Assembly: GCA_041309365.1 (NCBI GenBank)
Contig: JBFYZU010000055.1
Span: forward strand, 1-60,244
Reading direction: 5' to 3'
From: Myxococcota bacterium
GTDB lineage: Bacteria; Myxococcota_A; Polyangia; DRWM01
Length of the DNA stretch: 60,244 bases
The notes beneath the pieces are model-generated. The model was not told where the DNA came from. It worked only from the letters and a program-made list of their open reading frames with translations, and did no database searches. A program made the translations under genes and the position numbers. Below are positions 56,714-60,244 of this stretch, piece by piece; position 1 is the stretch's first letter, and every line of letters starts with the position of its first letter.

Positions 56714-59296
56714 ATGAATCGAAAAAATGCCTCCCTGCTTGCCGCTCTTCTCGTCGTCGGCTCATGGTCGTTCGTGTCAGGACCTGCCCTGGCCCAGCTG
56801 ATGACCGACAGGATCCTCACACCCCCGGGTGGTGTCGGCTCCTCAACTGAGGCGCACATGCTCACGCTCAACCCCGCTGCCATGACTCTGACGCGCGGGT
56901 GGGAGCTCGTGTACCTGCACGCCGAAGTGTCCCCGGCACAGGCGGTGCTGCCTGGCAAGGGGGACGCGATCTACGCCACGGCCAACGTGTTCGGACCTCT
57001 GTTTCTCGGTGTCGGTCTGGAGTTCGTCAGGCCTCCGCGCAAGGTTCTCATGGCACATCATGATTTCGGCCTGACCGGCTCCTCCTGGACCCTTGCCACG
57101 TTTTCCATGGGCATGAGGCTGGGCGACTCCATCAGCCTGGGAACGAGCATCCGCTCCTGGTTCTCGCCGGCGGACCAGTCGAGGATGCACGGCCTGGTGA
57201 GCTGGGACCTGGCACTGCACGTGCACACCTCTCGCTACTGGTCTGCTTTTGCATCGGTTTACGACATCACCTCTCCCACGAAGGGCGGGATCAGGCCCGT
57301 CGAGCGCACATGGGCCCTGGGTGCCGCGTTCAGGCCTCTGGGTCGGGACGTGCTCACCTTCTCGGTGGACGATTTTCTGGGCGAGAGCTCCCTGAACAAC
57401 ACGTTGCGTGTGAGCATCGAGGCCGAGCCCGTGAGAGGAATAGGCATCGTGGCCAGCGCATCGCTCCTCTTCGGCCGTGGCTACCCGTTCGTGCCGGACC
57501 CCGCCGACCTCGATGGCAAGCACGAGTTGAGAGACGTGCAGATCTCCATCGGCCTGACGGTGGATCTCGCGCACATCGGAGCCATGACGGGGTTCACGCT
57601 TTCGGCCATGGGTCCCCAGGGCGGGTGGGACAAAAGCCCTCTCGTGGGATGGCTCGTGGGTGTGAGGCTCTCCGGGCAGAAGCACAAGAGCGTGATGGCA
57701 CTGCGCAGGTACGCCGTGCTCGAGCTCGAGGGCGAGATGGGCGCATCGACTCTTGTTTCCACGGTGCTGTGGCTCGACAGGATGAGCCGCGATCGCGAGC
57801 TGGCCGGAGTCGTGCTCGAGCCCCGCGGTTTTTCCGCATCGCCTGGCGCCATCCAGGATCTTCGCGGCGCACTGGATGTCCTGCGAGCGGCCGGCAAGCA
57901 GGTTGTCTGCCACTCGGACGAGACCTCGGGGTCGGCCTATTACCTGTGCTCGGCGGCCGACGTCGTGTACCTGGGTCCTTCCGGGGGAATCAGGTTGTCC
58001 GGCTACAAGATGCGGCTCCTCTTTTTCACGGGTCTGCTCGCCAAGCTCGGCGTGAACGTGCAGATGGTCCGCATCGGCAAGTACAAGAGCTACCCCGAGA
58101 CCCTGACACTCGACGAGCCTTCGGATGCGTCCCTGGAGGAGCACATGGAGCTTCTCGAGCAGGTGTGGGCCGCCCTTGTTGCGGACGTGGCCGCCGGACG
58201 GGGCAAGACGCCCGACGAGATGGAGGAGATCCTGGCCGAGGGGCCCTTCAACGCAGAGCAGGCCGTGACGATGGGCCTGGCAGATGCCGTCATCTACGAG
58301 GATGAGCTCGAGCAGACCCTGGGTGACCTGACGGGCCACAAGGTGTTTCTCGACCGTGGCTATCTCGCAGCCCAGGTCAAGCCCGATCAGTGGGGACCGG
58401 GGCCCCGGCGGGTGGGGATCATCACCGTGGGCGGTGGCATCGTGGAAGGCAAGAGCACGAGCCTCCCTGTGCTGGGGATCCAGACCTCCGGGGACAAGAC
58501 GCTCGTCAAGGCCCTGGACGCGGCGCGCAAGGATCCCGGGATCGGGGCGGTGGTGCTGCGCGTGGAAAGCGGTGGTGGATCTGCCCTGGCCTCCGACCGC
58601 ATCTTCAGGGCCGTCTACCGGCTCGCCCAGAAAAAGCCCGTGATCGCTTCGTTCGGCGGCGTTGCCGCATCGGGAGGCTACTACATCGCCGCCCCGGCCA
58701 CGGAGATCGTGGCCTCCGCTTCCACTGTCACGGGGTCCATAGGTCTCTTCTACGGAAAGGCCGACCTGTCGGGTCTGCTCGGCAAGCTCGACCTGGGCGT
58801 GACCGTGCTCGAGACGGGAGGAGAGAGGGTCGACATGGAGTCCTGGCACAGGCCCTACACGGACGAGGAGGTGGCTTTTCTCGAGCAACAGCTCGCGCAC
58901 TTCTACAATCTTTTCCTCGAGCGGGTGAGCGCTGGCCGGGGCATGACCCGCGACGAGGTGCACGAGCTGGCCCAGGGACGCATCTGGTCCGGCCATCGAG
59001 CCCGGGAGCTGGGCCTGGTGGACTCGACCGGGGGGTTCTTGCACGCAGTGGCTCGTGCCCGGGCACTGGCGGGCGTGCCTGCCTGGGTACCGGTCGAGGA
59101 TCTGACTCCCGGGCCGGGTCTCATCGAGAAGATCCTCTCGGGCATCACGGCCAAGGCCAGCGGCCAGGACGTGCAGGATCTGGCCGCTCTGCTCGCTCGC
59201 TCTGCAGGTCTCATGGAGCTCTTCCCCACGGCGATGTTCCTGCTGCGAGAGGAGCAGATCCCTCTGGCCCTCTGCCCGGCCACCCTGTCATTCTGA
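56714..59296 (+). CDS. sppA: signal peptide peptidase SppA (tandem S49 domains) fused to an N-terminal beta-barrel-like domain
   Basis: Signal peptide ...GPALAQ. RIGKYKS (general-base Lys region) and GGVAASGGYYIAA (nucleophile Ser). The first ~330 aa are extra. Confidence 0.85.
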   Translation: MNRKNASLLAALLVVGSWSFVSGPALAQLMTDRILTPPGGVGSSTEAHMLTLNPAAMTLTRGWELVYLHAEVSPAQAVLPGKGDAIYATANVFGPLFLGVGLEFVRPPRKVLMAHHDFGLTGSSWTLATFSMGMRLGDSISLGTSIRSWFSPADQSRMHGLVSWDLALHVHTSRYWSAFASVYDITSPTKGGIRPVERTWALGAAFRPLGRDVLTFSVDDFLGESSLNNTLRVSIEAEPVRGIGIVASASLLFGRGYPFVPDPADLDGKHELRDVQISIGLTVDLAHIGAMTGFTLSAMGPQGGWDKSPLVGWLVGVRLSGQKHKSVMALRRYAVLELEGEMGASTLVSTVLWLDRMSRDRELAGVVLEPRGFSASPGAIQDLRGALDVLRAAGKQVVCHSDETSGSAYYLCSAADVVYLGPSGGIRLSGYKMRLLFFTGLLAKLGVNVQMVRIGKYKSYPETLTLDEPSDASLEEHMELLEQVWAALVADVAAGRGKTPDEMEEILAEGPFNAEQAVTMGLADAVIYEDELEQTLGDLTGHKVFLDRGYLAAQVKPDQWGPGPRRVGIITVGGGIVEGKSTSLPVLGIQTSGDKTLVKALDAARKDPGIGAVVLRVESGGGSALASDRIFRAVYRLAQKKPVIASFGGVAASGGYYIAAPATEIVASASTVTGSIGLFYGKADLSGLLGKLDLGVTVLETGGERVDMESWHRPYTDEEVAFLEQQLAHFYNLFLERVSAGRGMTRDEVHELAQGRIWSGHRARELGLVDSTGGFLHAVARARALAGVPAWVPVEDLTPGPGLIEKILSGITAKASGQDVQDLAALLARSAGLMELFPTAMFLLREEQIPLALCPATLSF

Positions 59297-59357
59297 CAGG
59301 GCTCCCGAGGCCGCGGTGTCACTTGACCCGCGCCGGGTGGTTGTTAAAGTGCAGTCC

Positions 59358-60041
59358 ATGTCACGCCTCGTGATGATCGCCGTTTTCGCATTTTCAACGG
59401 GTTGCGCCGAGCTCGCCTATCCGTCCTGTCGCTCCGACGATCACTGTCGCTCCACCGAGCACTGCTTCGATGGCACATGTCTGCAGTGCCTCGACGACGC
59501 CGGCTGTGGTCCTGGGTTCTTGTGCTTCCAGGGCGTGTGCCAGGCCGATCTGGACGGCTGCAAGGCGAATGCGGACTGCGAGGCCGGGAAGGCCTGCATT
59601 CTGGGCCTGTGCAGCCGGTGCTTCGAGGATGATCAGTGCGGCAAGGGCCGGCTGTGCATGGATGCGACCTGTGTCGCGCCCCAGGTCGAGGAGATGGAGG
59701 TCGAGGCCCAGCCCGCGCCCGAGGTCGTGGGGCCGGACGGATGCAGCATCGAACCGGTGTACTTCGACTGGGATTCGGACCAGCTCACCGAGGCGGCCAA
59801 GAAGATCCTCGATGCCATGCTCGGATGCCTGGATCCGGAGCGCGTCTACTCCATCATCGGCCGTGCGGATGAGACAGGCGACCCCTACTACAACCTCGAC
59901 CTGGGGCTGCGCCGGGCCGAGGCGGTCAAGAGCCATCTCGTGTCCGGGGGGTTCCCGGAATCCAGGCTCGTGATCTCGTCGGCAGGTGAGAAGTTCGCCT
60001 CGGACGACGACGAGAAGAGCCGCAGGGTGGACATCGAATGA
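59358..60041 (+). CDS. Pal/OmpA-family peptidoglycan-associated lipoprotein with Cys-rich repeat spacer
   Basis: Lipobox FSTGC, four CxxxDxCxxxxxCxxxxC repeats and an OmpA_C fold (VYFDWDSDQL...GRADETGDPYYNLDLGLRRAEAV). Confidence 0.8.
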   Translation: MSRLVMIAVFAFSTGCAELAYPSCRSDDHCRSTEHCFDGTCLQCLDDAGCGPGFLCFQGVCQADLDGCKANADCEAGKACILGLCSRCFEDDQCGKGRLCMDATCVAPQVEEMEVEAQPAPEVVGPDGCSIEPVYFDWDSDQLTEAAKKILDAMLGCLDPERVYSIIGRADETGDPYYNLDLGLRRAEAVKSHLVSGGFPESRLVISSAGEKFASDDDEKSRRVDIE

Positions 60042-60244
60042 TCAGGACATCTTTCGGTTTCCTCCTCGCCATGGCAGCCCTCGGGGGGTGCGGTCCGCGG
60101 ACATCCAGCCCCACGGTGGCACCGGCTGCGGTCATGGCGGCCGCATGTGCAAGCGACGCGGACTGCAAGGCCTCGCAGGTGTGCCGTGAGTCGGTCTGCG
60201 TGCCGTACGAGGGCGGGACGGGCGAGCCCTGCTACGACGACCTG
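60038..60244 (+). CDS. Cys-rich lipoprotein, 3' end outside window
   Basis: ATGA overlap with the Pal-like stop. The product is MIRTSFGFLLAMAALGGC...CASDADCKASQVCRESVC. The frame is open to the window end. Confidence 0.55.
   Translation, partial: MIRTSFGFLLAMAALGGCGPRTSSPTVAPAAVMAAACASDADCKASQVCRESVCVPYEGGTGEPCYDDL

Noticed and set aside
57210-57225. Near-consensus sigma-54 promoter motif TGGCAC-N5-GTGCA on the plus strand.
   Set aside because: It lies ~500 nt inside the sppA coding frame, with no downstream start codon to serve. It is most likely chance in GC-rich coding DNA.

Overview
The window is visibly GC-rich, roughly two-thirds G+C by eye (not computed). It is densely coding chromosomal DNA. 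I saw no rRNA, tRNA, CRISPR array, transposase or integrase. Most long alternate-frame and antisense ORFs in the track are Arg/Pro/Gly-rich artefacts of the GC content. I call about 50 real genes, many translationally coupled through 4-nt ATGA/GTGA overlaps.

The gene content suggests a Myxococcota-like or 'deltaproteobacterial' lineage (inference only): Ser/Thr kinase, sigma-54 activator, PEGA, lamin-tail, MJ0042 zinc ribbon, Cys-rich acidic lipoproteins and a FadN-type beta-oxidation enzyme.

Housekeeping genes I recognise:
- coaE, pyrD and pyrK
- prfB, with an intact CTT-TGA-C +1 frameshift site
- a class A PBP, fadN/fadA-like genes, rimO, manA and a pseudouridine synthase
- PrkA and SppA

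The most interesting parts are:
- **Plus-strand block 13.5-24.4 kb:** a lidless Hsp70 with a ~300-aa Pro-rich insert and a J-protein come first. They are followed by a TPR protein, two small ORFs, a PEGA protein, ExbB-ExbD-TonB, a small outer-membrane barrel and two lipoproteins, with no TonB-dependent receptor anywhere in the window.
- **Minus-strand operon 49.4-56.5 kb:** it is headed by an 1167-aa receiver-less sigma-54 activator with a P-loop/TPR sensor region.
- **SppA:** it carries an N-terminal beta-barrel-like domain.
- **SpoIVB-like S55 peptidase:** it is translationally coupled to a beta-propeller protein.
- **An orphan MCE protein.**
- **A shared Cys-rich module** in four exported proteins.

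All functional calls come from motif recognition by eye. No database search was run.
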